In this document: positions 10,758 to 21,254 of the stretch, piece after piece | How positions within the stretch are numbered: position 1 is the first letter of the stretch | How the letters are laid out: every line of letters begins with the position of its first letter | DNA from: Nitrosopumilus sp. | Lineage (GTDB): Archaea; Thermoproteota; Nitrososphaeria; Nitrososphaerales; Nitrosopumilaceae | Assembly (NCBI GenBank): GCA_965238275.1 | Contig: OZ250186.1 | Location: forward strand, 96,001-160,000 | Length of the DNA stretch: 64,000 nucleotides | Direction of reading: 5' to 3' | The notes under the pieces: model-generated | Database searches by the model: none | What the model saw: the letters and a program-made list of their open reading frames with translations, nothing else | Told to the model about the DNA's origin: nothing | Program-made: the position numbers and the translations under genes

Positions 10758-12439
10758 AGATCTCATGCAGAATGTGCCTGATTTAAAAAACTGAATTAAA
10801 TTGGGTTATTCCCACGTGCGGCACCACATGCGGCCGAATATCCACAGAATCGTAAAGCATGCCAATCCAAGAAGGATAACCGAAACGTTAAGATCGGTGA
10901 TTTTTACGCCACACCGTGATGGCAATGCTAGTCGATCCAACGGTGCAGAGATTACGGCAGGAAAACGAGGCGCTCAGGGAGTCGGATGAATCCTGCCGGC
11001 AGAGGATCAGGGCCCTCAGGGAAGCACGCAGGACAGACCGACAGAAGTGCGAGGCGCTCAAGGAACGCCTGACTGATCACTGGACCGTCACGTCGAGGGT
11101 TCTCGACGACATCATAAAATATCCGGAATTACTGCACGCCATGACGCTGCGCACCCCGGAAAAGTTTGGCCACACGCTGAACCGCCTCGAGGAGCTTTTG
11201 GAGCGGAACGGGGAGACTGCGCTCTTCCGGGAAATCGAGAACAGATCGAAAAACTCCGGGAGCAGGCGCATCCTGCCCCTGAGGCACGCGTACCTGCTGT
11301 GGCTGTTTCGGACAAGGCTGAGCATACCGCAGGAAGCCCTTGCCGCGATGTTTGGCGTCGACCAGGCCACCGTCTCCAGGTATCTCCCGTTGATGACCAG
11401 GCTGCTAGGCGAGACAGGCACGGCGCCGCGCAAAATCAGCGAGGCTGTACAAAAGGCCAAGACACTCGAGGAGAGCAAGAAGATAATACCCGGCAGGAGG
11501 GGAGGAGAACTGATGGTGGACGGCACGCACAACCGGGTCAGAAGGTCCGCGGACAAGGAGAGACGCAAAAAGACGTACTCTGGCAAGAAGAAGGCGCACA
11601 CGTACAATACCAACATCGTGATCAACAAGCGCCGCGTGATAGTGGCGATAAGCAAGACCGTTCCGGGCAGCGTCCACGACAAGACCCTGCTCAACGAGGA
11701 TCCGCCAAACCTTGGAATCATTACGGCAAGGATGGGCCAGAAGGACGTGCCCGAAAAAGAAAAGCCTGACGTCCTGATGGACAAGGGCTACCAAGGGACA
11801 AGAGAGGAATATCCCGGATGGCACATCAGGCACCCGCACAAGAAAAAGCGTGGAGCCGACAAAAAGACCGGCGGCCTGACAAAGAAGCAGCGCGCCTACA
11901 ACAAGAGGGTAAACAGCTCCCGTGTGGCCATAGAGCACGTTATCGGAAGCCTGAAACAGTACAAGAGGCTGACTGACCCGTACGACGGCACCGAGGAGGA
12001 GTACAACGACGAGCTCAACGCGATTGCGGGAATGGTAAACCAGGATCTGATGTGGGACGAAATAAAACTCAGGGACGCGGACCTTCTCAAAAGGCTGGCC
12101 GAAAAAAGGGCGCGCCTCTGAGACAGGGCGGCACGAGCCGCCTGACGGAGTGAAAGACAGGTGGCATCAGGCAGTGCAGGAATGTCGCGCACGGCATCCA
12201 ATATTTGTGCAAATTCCCCCACCATTCCCCATGAAACAACCTGCCGCCCCGGGGACGGATGCCGCACATCCACAGAACGTGCCTTATTTTCCAATACTGG
12301 AAACTGGATTTTTCACATGGACGTGCAAGACAAATTTGTAAAATATACGGCAGACGAGATTTTCAAATATGGCCACGGCTAGCGCAGTTCTGATATGATT
12401 TTATGATTTGCCACGTCAGGCACATTCTGCATAGGATCT
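10758..12439 (+). mobile_element. IS5-like (DDE_Tnp_4-type) element; transposase 10916-12121
   Basis: TIRs AGATCTCATGCAGAATGTGCCTGA / AGATCCTATGCAGAATGTGCCTGA and 3-bp TSD ATT. Motifs VDGT, YSGKKK.H, GSVHD, DKGYQG, RVAIEH. Confidence 0.93.
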
Positions 12440-12489
12440 ATTATATACCGCGTGCGAGATTTTTTTCCGTGACACCGCAACTTTTCCCG

Positions 12490-12927
12490 ATGACTCCGGC
12501 CAGGATCCGCTTGCAGAACCGCTGGTTCGAAGAGTCGAAGACGGCCAGTGCCCAAGACCAAGAGCAAGAAATAACCGAGCACGGCATGGTATACTTCAAG
12601 CAGGACGGTGAAATACAGGTAAAAGAAGAGCCAGTCGATTTTCTCAAGGCAAAATCAGAGATCGAGTCTCTGGGTCACGGGGAATACAACCACTATATCG
12701 GATTCATAAACCAAAAAACCCGCGAGTTGCTCCAGTTTGCAAGATATGATGCAGACGGTTGGTACGCTGAAGTGCCGGTTCCGTATGGCAAATCTTGGAA
12801 CGGCTACGTCTGGGGGTGCAGGACAAACACCGAGTCGGTCATCTCCATATCCAAACTGTTCATCGAAGAGTTGTCCTGGTTCGACACGCTCCCATTCACC
12901 ATGCGGCGGTACGACAATAATTCGTGA
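12490..12927 (+). CDS. hypothetical protein
   Basis: Globular-looking ORF just outside the IS end. Start uncertain (12490 or 12586). Confidence 0.55.
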   Translation: MTPARIRLQNRWFEESKTASAQDQEQEITEHGMVYFKQDGEIQVKEEPVDFLKAKSEIESLGHGEYNHYIGFINQKTRELLQFARYDADGWYAEVPVPYGKSWNGYVWGCRTNTESVISISKLFIEELSWFDTLPFTMRRYDNNS

Positions 12928-13069
12928 CGTGACGCATGGATTTGGAGCACCCAGATGTTATACACATCAGACCACCGTGCTATTGGGGGTTCTGAACTAT
13001 TACAAGCACAAGCAAACCGGCGTCTGGCAAGGTACAAATACGTAGCCTGTCGGCAAAGAGGGAGTTAAA

Positions 13070-15013
13070 ATGGCTTTGGACGAAGATCTGCCCGCACCCA
13101 TACGGGATATCGCAGCAACCGACGCGAGGAGATTGCGCGTCATGGCCGGTCCCGGCACGGGCAAGTCATGGGCGCTCAAGGAACGCGTGAAGCGGCTGGT
13201 AGGGGAAGGACAGGATCCGTCTCGCATCTGGGCCGTCACGTTCACCCGCAACGCCGCCAAGGAGCTTGCCGACGATCTTGCCGACCCGGGAATCGTAGGT
13301 GGCAATCTCATACGGGTCAGCACGCTCCACTCATACTGCTTTGGCCTTTTGAGAGATCATGCGGCCCGTACCGGCCGCATCCCCCGCATAGTCATGAGGG
13401 TTTCATCGTTCAATCCCTTGGGGTTTGAGAGCGGCATGCTGGTAAGTGATCTGATCAACGAGAATCCGGAGTTTGGTGATGAAAAGAGATGCTCTGAACG
13501 CATAAAGAAGTTTGAGGCGGGCTGGGCGGAGATGGAATCAGACATGCTTGACGACCCGGTCAACCAGTCGCTTGAAAAGCGCCTGGGCGCATGGCTTGGT
13601 TTCCACAGGGCGATGCTCATGAATGAGCTCGTGCCGGAATCTTTGCGTTTTCTTCGCAACGGCAAGGCATCCGGCGCGCTTGCCGATTTTGATCACGTGA
13701 TAGTAGATGAGTACCAAGATTTGAACAAGGCAGATCAGGAGATTATCAATCTCGTATCAGGGAATGGATCCTTGACAATAGTGGGCGATGGCAACCAGTC
13801 AATCTATGGCTTCCGTCACGCGCATCCAAAAGGAATAGAAGATTTTCAAAACAGGTATCATGACGCGTGCAACGTGTCGCTTGCGGAATGTCAAAGGAGT
13901 CCGGTCCGGGTCGTGGAGATGGCCAACAACCTGATTGCCCTCAATCACCCGTCCGGCACGCCGCCCGGCTTGCGGCCCAAGCCTGGCAATCCTGATGGAG
14001 AAGTGCACACAGTCCGTTGGAACACAAGGGATGAAGAGGCAGAGGGCATAGCCAAATACGTAAGGCACCTGACAGACAGCCGCGCTTGCAGGCCAGAAGA
14101 CATACTGATCATGGCCCCGTGGAAAAAGCTGGGCCGCAAGATACATGACGCGGTAAGTGACCAAGGCGTCTCCGTGCACAACTTTGATCAGGACGTGCTG
14201 GCAAAAGACGCGGCACAGCGTGCATTCGCGCTGCTCACATTATTGGGCAACGGCGAAGACAGGGTGATGCTCAGGTGGTGGCTGGGGCATGATGATTCAG
14301 GACGACTCAACGGTCCATACCGAAAGCTTCGCGAGCATTGCGAAGCCAACGGCAAGTCGCCACGATCCGTTCTTGAGGACATGATGCATGGCAGAACGGT
14401 TTTGCCCGACGCGTCGCCCCTGCTGGCGCCGTTTGGGAATCTGGTTGGGGAGACTGACCGTCTGTCCAAACTGGGCCTGCGTGACTTGGTCGACGACCTG
14501 TTGCCAGAAGACAATGAAGACTGTGCGGTTTTGAGGAAGATTGCAGAACGCGCGCTTACAAACAGCGAAAGCGTCCAACAAATGTACGAGCGCGTATTGG
14601 AAGACGTCATCCAGCCCGAAGATCCAAGCGGCAATTCCGTGCACGTAATGACCATGCACAAAACCAAGGGCCTGTCCAGCAAGGTCGTAATTGTGGCCGG
14701 CTGTTGTGACGGACTGGTTCCTTACAGAAACAGCAGGCTTGCTGACGATGAACGCAGTGCCGCAATGCGCGAATCCCGCAGGCTGTTCTATGTTGCAATC
14801 ACTAGATGCAAGAAGATTCTTGTGCTTTCTTACTTTGCCGCCCTCAGCCCATCCGAATACTCCAATATGCGCATTCCGCTCAGAGGACAGGATCAAAGCA
14901 AACAACGATACTATACCCTGCCAAGCCCGTTCATAGGCGAACTGGGTCCGGACACTCCTTCTGCAATGGAGGGGAAGGCGTGGCAGGCTGCCAAGTATGC
15001 TGAACAGCCTTGA
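13070..15013 (+). CDS. UvrD/Rep-family SF1 helicase
   Basis: AGPGTGKS, TFTRNAA, STLHS, VDEYQD, GDGNQSIYGFR, MTMHKTKGL, ESRRLFYVAITR. Confidence 0.93.
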   Translation: MALDEDLPAPIRDIAATDARRLRVMAGPGTGKSWALKERVKRLVGEGQDPSRIWAVTFTRNAAKELADDLADPGIVGGNLIRVSTLHSYCFGLLRDHAARTGRIPRIVMRVSSFNPLGFESGMLVSDLINENPEFGDEKRCSERIKKFEAGWAEMESDMLDDPVNQSLEKRLGAWLGFHRAMLMNELVPESLRFLRNGKASGALADFDHVIVDEYQDLNKADQEIINLVSGNGSLTIVGDGNQSIYGFRHAHPKGIEDFQNRYHDACNVSLAECQRSPVRVVEMANNLIALNHPSGTPPGLRPKPGNPDGEVHTVRWNTRDEEAEGIAKYVRHLTDSRACRPEDILIMAPWKKLGRKIHDAVSDQGVSVHNFDQDVLAKDAAQRAFALLTLLGNGEDRVMLRWWLGHDDSGRLNGPYRKLREHCEANGKSPRSVLEDMMHGRTVLPDASPLLAPFGNLVGETDRLSKLGLRDLVDDLLPEDNEDCAVLRKIAERALTNSESVQQMYERVLEDVIQPEDPSGNSVHVMTMHKTKGLSSKVVIVAGCCDGLVPYRNSRLADDERSAAMRESRRLFYVAITRCKKILVLSYFAALSPSEYSNMRIPLRGQDQSKQRYYTLPSPFIGELGPDTPSAMEGKAWQAAKYAEQP

Positions 15014-15023
15014 TGTCCTAATC

Positions 15024-15430
15024 AGAACCCATATGCCCAATCCACCCATTTTACCGGCTTTCATAAAAAACTGGGAAAATGTGGTTTAAAACTCACCATG
15101 TCGAACATGCGGTAAACCTGTTTACCCCAAATCCAGAATAATATGCGCGGTCTTACAGCACTTTATCGTACCCTGAAAATCCTACTTGACCGGAGCTTGG
15201 GAGCAGGCCCTGTTCCAGTCGGCTGACGCCTTCCATTGTCCCGGCGGCGGACCCTTTTGCACGCGATCCCACAAAAGGTTCAGGTTCACCAGCCAAGTAA
15301 CCACTTTGAACTCCCTGTTGAACTGCGCCGCGTTGCCGTCGTACGGGTCAGTAAGACGCGCGTAGCGCTTGAGCCTGCACATGGCGTGTTCTGCTAGCAC
15401 CCTGGCGGAGTTGATCCTTCCGTTGTGCCC
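15024..15430 (-). pseudogene. degenerate 3' remnant of the IS5-like element (1-606/50944 family)
   Basis: RLKRYARLTDPYDG...ACSQAPVK plus an eroded right end. Confidence 0.85.
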
Positions 15431-15550
15431 AAGTCAGATTCCTCTGAGACTGACATGACAAAATCAGTGCTTGCGTATCACAAGTCTGAACGGATTTCAA
15501 TCCAAAGATTATATGTGGTTTTTACAAGTTGGTAAGGCGGCTAGCCTAAA

Positions 15551-16309
15551 TTGAGAATCAAGACTATTAGAAACATTTCTGATGACTGTCAGATTTCGTT
15601 ATCCACAGATCGTACAAAGAACATTAATTTCATAGTGGGTGAAAATACAGCTGGCAAAACCACCTTGTTTAATAAAATCCGGTCATGTCTTTCAAACTCG
15701 GAAAAAAACAGCGGCATTGAGTTAGAATTAACTGAAAAAGGAGATTACGAGACCGATTATATTTTTGTAGATAGTTATGCACGTATTGACGAACTTTTAA
15801 AACATTTGAATGAGTTGGGGCTTGCAGACGATATTTTGGTAGATGTCATTAAACGAACCGAACGGATGCTGCAGAAAATTCACGGCGTGTTTGACGATAA
15901 AAAATGTTTGTTAAAACTGGAAAAAGGTAAAGTCATCATGCCAACTTCCCTCGCGCATGCCCCAAATCGTATTCTCTATTTTGCGGTGCTTATTGCACTC
16001 AGGGAACAGAGGGGAGTTGAACTGCCGTTGATAGCTGATTGTCCTCTTCTCAGCCAATACCTTATGTTTAGCAAGCGTCTTGTTCAAATGATTGCAGATA
16101 ATACTGCCCAGGCCTTGTTTTTTGAATTGCCTTTTAGTGTTACTGGCACTGCCCAGGACAATTGGTGGGATGACGATGCCCCAGATGTTTCATTATATGA
16201 CGATATGAAAAATAACGGTACGCTAGGTTCATTATATGTATTGAACAGGGATAGAAGTAAGGGGTCACGGTCACGCTTGAATCAGTTTTCTGCAACCGGA
16301 ATGATCTAA
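15551..16309 (+). CDS. small ABC/SMC-like (Rad50/DndD-like) ATPase
   Basis: Walker A GENTAGKTT and Walker B-like LPLIADCP. Degenerate signature and no long coiled coil. AT-rich. Confidence 0.7.
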   Translation: MRIKTIRNISDDCQISLSTDRTKNINFIVGENTAGKTTLFNKIRSCLSNSEKNSGIELELTEKGDYETDYIFVDSYARIDELLKHLNELGLADDILVDVIKRTERMLQKIHGVFDDKKCLLKLEKGKVIMPTSLAHAPNRILYFAVLIALREQRGVELPLIADCPLLSQYLMFSKRLVQMIADNTAQALFFELPFSVTGTAQDNWWDDDAPDVSLYDDMKNNGTLGSLYVLNRDRSKGSRSRLNQFSATGMI

Positions 16310-16329
16310 ATCGCAAGCGGTCCAACGAT

Positions 16330-16640
16330 TCCCATTGTCAAACCCGGAAACCAAGATACTGCGCGACGAGCTGGCCAGAATCATTGCCAAGGTCAAGGCG
16401 AGGGATTCTGTCACAGACGAATTAATACGCACGCAGGATGAAATGCGCCGGACCGTCATGGAGAAAGACATGTAGATTGACTCCCTCCTGAGACTCCTGA
16501 AAATCTACGAGAACGCACATGCCCCTCCATCTCACGGCAGCGTGTCTGCACAGCAGGAGAAAGCACGCGTTTCGGGCAGAACCAAACGTGACGATTCGTC
16601 AAAAAATCGGAAGTCGGGGCGCAGGCACACGGCCACGCCG
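16330..16640 (+). pseudogene. IS66-like transposase N-terminal remnant
   Basis: SKPETKILRDELAR...LKIYENAHAPPS resembles SKSEISLLRRELAR...LRKYENPNMSSS at 17001. Internal stop. Confidence 0.6.
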
Positions 16641-16659
16641 GCGTGCCACATCCCAGGAG

Positions 16660-18660
16660 ATCCAGCACGACCGTGTGTCACGTGTCCGACAGGTGCGGCT
16701 GCTGCGACGGGTTGGTTCTTTTCAGGAACAACGGATGTGCCCGTGACAAGAACTATGCCAAAATGCGCGAATCTCGCAGGCGGTTCTATGTCGCAGTTAC
16801 CAGCTGCAAGGAGGTTCTCGTGATCTTCTACTTTGGCACCCTCGGACAATCCGGACTCTGTCATGCGCATCCCATGCAGGCGAGACGAAATCAGTCAGAG
16901 GCACCATATGGTATGGACTCAGGTCCGTGCCTAGATTTTAATCGCTTGTGCATCAAATTAGACCATGCCGATTTATTGATCTCGGAATCCGCGAACCCAC
17001 GTGAGCAAATCAGAGATATCGCTCCTACGCAGGGAGCTGGCAAGGGTAGTGACGGAGTTCGAGAAGTTTAAGAAAACGATGTACAAGACAAATGCCGAAC
17101 TCACCAAGAAGGTGACGCTGCTCGAGATTGAAAACGACCGCCTGACCCTGGAAAACGCGGGGTACCGCAGGAGGCTCCGCAAGTACGAGAACCCCAACAT
17201 GTCCTCGTCCACATATTCGTTGTACAACTCGGACCGCACGGCATTCAGGAAGCGGATGGACATGGAGGCCAAGATGGAGTCCGATGGCAGCGGGCCCAAG
17301 GAAGGAGAAAAGTCCGAATCGGAAGGCGGACCTGAATCAGAAGGCGAAGGCGCCGGAGACAAGACCCGCAAGGGACCGCCGGCAGGACACGCCGGCGCCT
17401 CGCACAAGAACAAGGCCGAGAGGACCGAGAGTCTGCCAGTGTGCAGGTGCGAAAAGTGCGGACGCGGACACCTGGTCCGGATGCCGTCCATTGTCAAGAT
17501 GGTGTATGATTTTCCCGACGACGGCGCCATGAGGATCGAGCGCGTCGCGTACCTGGTGGGACAGGGGTTGTGCAAGAGGTGCAATCACGTCAGCTCTGCC
17601 GTGCCTCCCACGATCCCCGGCACGTCGCTTGGCCCCAAGGCCCTGGGGTTTGTGGAGGAGTACTACGACAAGAGGAGCACGGACTACACCGTATCATACT
17701 ATTTCAAGGCGCTGTACGGGTTTGGCATATCGCCAAACGCCATATGGAACGCGCGCAAGGCCCTCAAAAAGATCCTCAAGGGCGCGTACGAGGGCATACT
17801 GGCCCACATCGCCGAGGCCGCGTTCGTGCAGTTTGACGAGTCCCACATGAAGATGAACGGGAAGAAGGGGTACGTGTGGCTGGTCACCGCCGGGGACGCC
17901 ACGTATCTGGTGGCCGCCCCGAGCAGGGCGGCCCTCGTGATAAACGCGCATTTTGCCCGGCTGCTTGGCAAGCCGGTGGTGGTGGATGGGTACACCGTCT
18001 ACAACATGTTCCCAGTCAAGCAGAGGTGCTGGGTGCACCTGCTGCGCGCCGCAGAAGAGTACGCCATCAAGAACGGCGGCAACGATCTTGCCTGCTACCG
18101 CAGGCTGCTTGCCCTGTACCGGTCAGTCAAGGACAGGGAATCTGCCGGATCCGGCGAGTGCCTGGACCTGGAAAGGACGGTGCTCCAAATCGCCTCGGAC
18201 TACGGGGAGTCCCACGACTTCCGCACGACGCTTGAGAACGCGGCCCCGTGCATGTTCACGTTCCTCAGGCATCCGGGCATGCCGCCGCATAACAACGCAG
18301 CAGAGTTGGAGATACGCGACACTGCGGTGCTGCACAGGAACGTGCGGCACCAGCTGTCCGAACCCGAGGGGCGGGAGGTCTTCTCGGTGCTGATATCAGT
18401 GGCGCGCACCTGCCACAAGCAGGGCATCTTCCCGCGCCAAGCAGTCGAGAACATCATCATGGATCCTGGCTGGAGCATATTCAAGCCACCCGAACAATAT
18501 CAGAAGGTTTCTGTACCCGCAGTGGCAGCGTAGCGCAGTTTGGCGACCTGAGTCCATACACCATATGTTGCCAAACCTATTCATTGGCGAACCGGGCCAG
18601 CCGCTCCTGCAACGGACGGGACGACATGGCAGGCTGCCCAATATGCTGAACAGCATTGAT
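16660..18660 (+). pseudogene. degenerate second copy of the UvrD 3' end, split by IS66
   Basis: GCCDGLV...MRESRRRFYVAVT before 16911, and LPNLFIGE...WQAAQYAEQH after 18567. Both match the C-terminus of 13070-15013. Confidence 0.85.
16911..18559 (+). mobile_element. IS66-family element type A, intact; transposase 17001-18533
   Basis: TIR GTATGGACTCAGGTC and 8-bp TSD ACCATATG. Coiled coil, Zn finger, FDES, QRCWVHLLR, NNAAELEIR. Confidence 0.95.
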
Positions 18661-18840
18661 GGTCTAATTTGGCCAACCCGCCAAAAACTCCCCAGACTGA
18701 ACGCGTCTTGGTGGTTTTACAGGCTATGGTAAATTTTGGTAATCAGATTACCATGATTGGACAGACCATCTCACTAGAATTTACCGGAGCCCAAGTTCAA
18801 ACTTGCTATATTTTGATTTTATGATTTGTTTTGTCAGATT

Positions 18841-19074
18841 TTATACTTTAAGCCCTAATTGATATTTGGTGGACTTTGATTCTATGATTTGTTTGTCTTG
18901 GAGCAGTTTGGACTTTATTTTGTCGGCTATGTCTTGTAGGTTGCATTCGTCTATGTCACCCCTCCATTTGAGGACGTGTTGGACTGTAACATCGATATCG
19001 GCAGTCGTGCGCGGCCCGTATTTATCCAAATGGCGTTGAAAAAATTTTTCCAATTGCTCTAAGGTGTATGGCAT
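18841..19074 (-). CDS. small hypothetical protein (77 aa, possible winged helix)
   Basis: AT-rich ORF MPYTLEQLEKFF... with a TATA-like TTATTA about 29 nt upstream. Fold is a guess. Confidence 0.55.
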   Translation of the reverse strand: MPYTLEQLEKFFQRHLDKYGPRTTADIDVTVQHVLKWRGDIDECNLQDIADKIKSKLLQDKQIIESKSTKYQLGLKV

Positions 19075-19220
19075 GATGCACAATATGCGGTTCTGGTAAT
19101 AATCCTTGGGTTCTGTCGGTGGGAGGCAGACCCGGGTAAATTTTGGCAATCAGATCATGTGGTCGCCATGATTGAACGGAGCCGTTTTGTGGTGCGGTGG
19201 GGAACGGTTCCGTTGTTAAT

Positions 19221-19270
19221 AACGGTAAAAAACGGTTAGTAACGGTTAGTAACTGTTAACAACAGGTTAA
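19221..19270 (+). repeat. degenerate 10-bp tandem array, consensus AACGGTTAGT, 5 units
   Basis: AACGGTAAAA AACGGTTAGT AACGGTTAGT AACTGTTAAC AACAGGTTAA. Confidence 0.75.
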
Positions 19271-19657
19271 GCGCACGCCAGCACCTACAAATTTTTCTGA
19301 CACGCGTCATTCCCAATGTCTTTCAGGCAAAGACTTGACGCCAAGATCCTCCAAACGGGGTTAGGATTTGGAGTCCTCGGGCGTTTTCCTGCGCGGAAAT
19401 TCCTCACATCATCGAACAGAATAAGTTCTCCCGCAGTGTTCAGCCCTTGTCCGATTCTTGGACTCTTGCCTTGATCTCGTCATGGATGAAAATCACATGA
19501 TCTGCCAATTCGATCCCGTCAAAGACATGCCGAATCCATGCGCCCACTTCTTTGCAGTCTGCGCATGCTAATGGTTACCACCCAAGGAGGTTGTCAAACG
19601 TGTCTGTTTTGTGTGACAGCATAGCGTTTTAACCCACCGCAGGCAAAACGCTGTGGC

Positions 19658-20383
19658 ATGAAGTCGTACGGAAAACCTGACGCGTCCTGGAACGACACAA
19701 AGTTCCGAGGCATAATAGAGGACGCGCTCGGGATGGCCAAGGAAAACAAGAAGGATATTGCGGTGGGCCAGGACGCACACGGCAACGTCGTGGTCGTCGA
19801 GGCCAAGCGGGATCATCCCCACATATGCGTGTGCTGGGTATACATGTACAAGAACAAAAAATTGCAAGACGAACCGGAACTGGGGGATCATGTGGGATAT
19901 GCCACCTATTCGGTCGAACAGATGGTTCCAAGGGTGCGCAACGCCCTGACTAGGGGGATAATGGATTTTGGCGGCCTGAGATTCCTCTCGGAAGGCAGGG
20001 TACATCTGGGGTTTGTCTTCGGATACGCTGGAAAGTTGATCAAGCTGCACGGCGGACCGTTCATCGTGGGCTGGACGGACAAGGAGGTTGTGAAACAGTC
20101 GGGAAAAGACGGCCTTGTCGGCTTGAAGACGCATGCTTCCATTGTAGTGGCACCCGTATCGGAAAGAGACTACTTTGTGGAACACGCGTCGTGTGTGACG
20201 GCTAGGCGCGGGGCGTGGAGCCTGCCGGACAGGCTTTCGGATACACGCGCATACCAGTACGAGACGCAGAGGGATCTGGAGGCCACGATCGTTTCAGACA
20301 GGCGCTCAATAAGGCTGGCAAGTCCAGTGGACTTGATCTATATGGCCATACTTGAAACCAACAACCCGAAACACTGGGAATAG
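19658..20383 (+). CDS. hypothetical protein, paralog of 9890-10648
   Basis: Full-length similarity to the 9890 ORF. Confidence 0.8.
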   Translation: MKSYGKPDASWNDTKFRGIIEDALGMAKENKKDIAVGQDAHGNVVVVEAKRDHPHICVCWVYMYKNKKLQDEPELGDHVGYATYSVEQMVPRVRNALTRGIMDFGGLRFLSEGRVHLGFVFGYAGKLIKLHGGPFIVGWTDKEVVKQSGKDGLVGLKTHASIVVAPVSERDYFVEHASCVTARRGAWSLPDRLSDTRAYQYETQRDLEATIVSDRRSIRLASPVDLIYMAILETNNPKHWE

Positions 20384-20552
20384 TTTGTGTCGGACCAGCG
20401 TACCGTGAACTGGACTAGGTGTCGCATTCGGCCTCACATGAGGCCACTGGGATGAAGAATTCCATGAATGCAGAGATGGATGAAAGACTCTGGTATGTTT
20501 GCGTGTTCTGATCCCCGAGGCGGACCAGAACCCAAGTGCCACAACCACCCGT

Positions 20553-20741
20553 CTAGATCTTTTGCCTTCCCCATTCGTGGTCGCAGGAATTGCATTCCCA
20601 ACGACGCGGGTCGGGGGGAATACAGCACCCGCCCAAGACCACCTTGCCCGAATCCACGTCCTTCTCCCAATCCCAACTGGGATATCCATAGACTATCTTC
20701 GCTACCTTGGCGCTTCCGCACTCTGGACATTTCCTGGTCAA
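20553..20741 (-). CDS. small zinc-ribbon protein
   Basis: CPECGS..IVYGYP..LGGC..WECNSCDHEW, two CxxC pairs. Confidence 0.75.
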   Translation of the reverse strand: MTRKCPECGSAKVAKIVYGYPSWDWEKDVDSGKVVLGGCCIPPDPRRWECNSCDHEWGRQKI

Positions 20742-20807
20742 CCATGTCTGTCCTGCGTGCTTGGCAATAAGTTATCCTGATTGGTCAAATTCACAACCGC
20801 GAACCCC

Positions 20808-21032
20808 ATGCAGAATCCATTTATCCCGCGGCGCCGTCACTATTCCATCATGGACTGTGAAGAAGGCCTGCGCACGGTGGCGTATCTGCGCCGATCCGCC
20901 GACGAGGACGAAAAGAACGGCAGGCCAAGGTCGGCCAAGACCTTGAGGGACGTGGCGCTCGCCATGGAGTGCGTGGACTACGGCGTCTACTTGTTCGAAT
21001 ACAAGTACGGGATCAAATTGTGTAATGACTAG
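20808..21032 (+). CDS. 74-aa hypothetical protein, paralog of the interrupted gene at 32787
   Basis: Near-identical 225-nt paralog exists (QNPF.PRRR..SIMDCEEGLR...AMECVDYG.YLFEYKYG). Confidence 0.75.
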   Translation: MQNPFIPRRRHYSIMDCEEGLRTVAYLRRSADEDEKNGRPRSAKTLRDVALAMECVDYGVYLFEYKYGIKLCND

Positions 21033-21254
21033 CGGTCGGCCCTTTCGGCAGATCGGCATCCGCATGGCCGACTTTGAGGTGACGGGGCGCTCGATAGCGC
21101 GCGCGATGGGGCACGACGGGGAATCCGTGGGGAGGTACCGCGAGACCATGTCAGGATCTCCCCGCTGAATTTGTGTCTGCGAGGCCGTGATAGACGATGT
21201 ACTTCCAGAATATGGGCGGATCATGTATTGACAGCCACAACAGTGTGTCATCTG

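Noticed and set aside
2943-16309. DISARM, BREX or Dnd system
   Set aside because: Methylases, helicase and ATPase are present, but the defining partners (DrmA/B/C, PglZ, DndC/E) are not recognisable.
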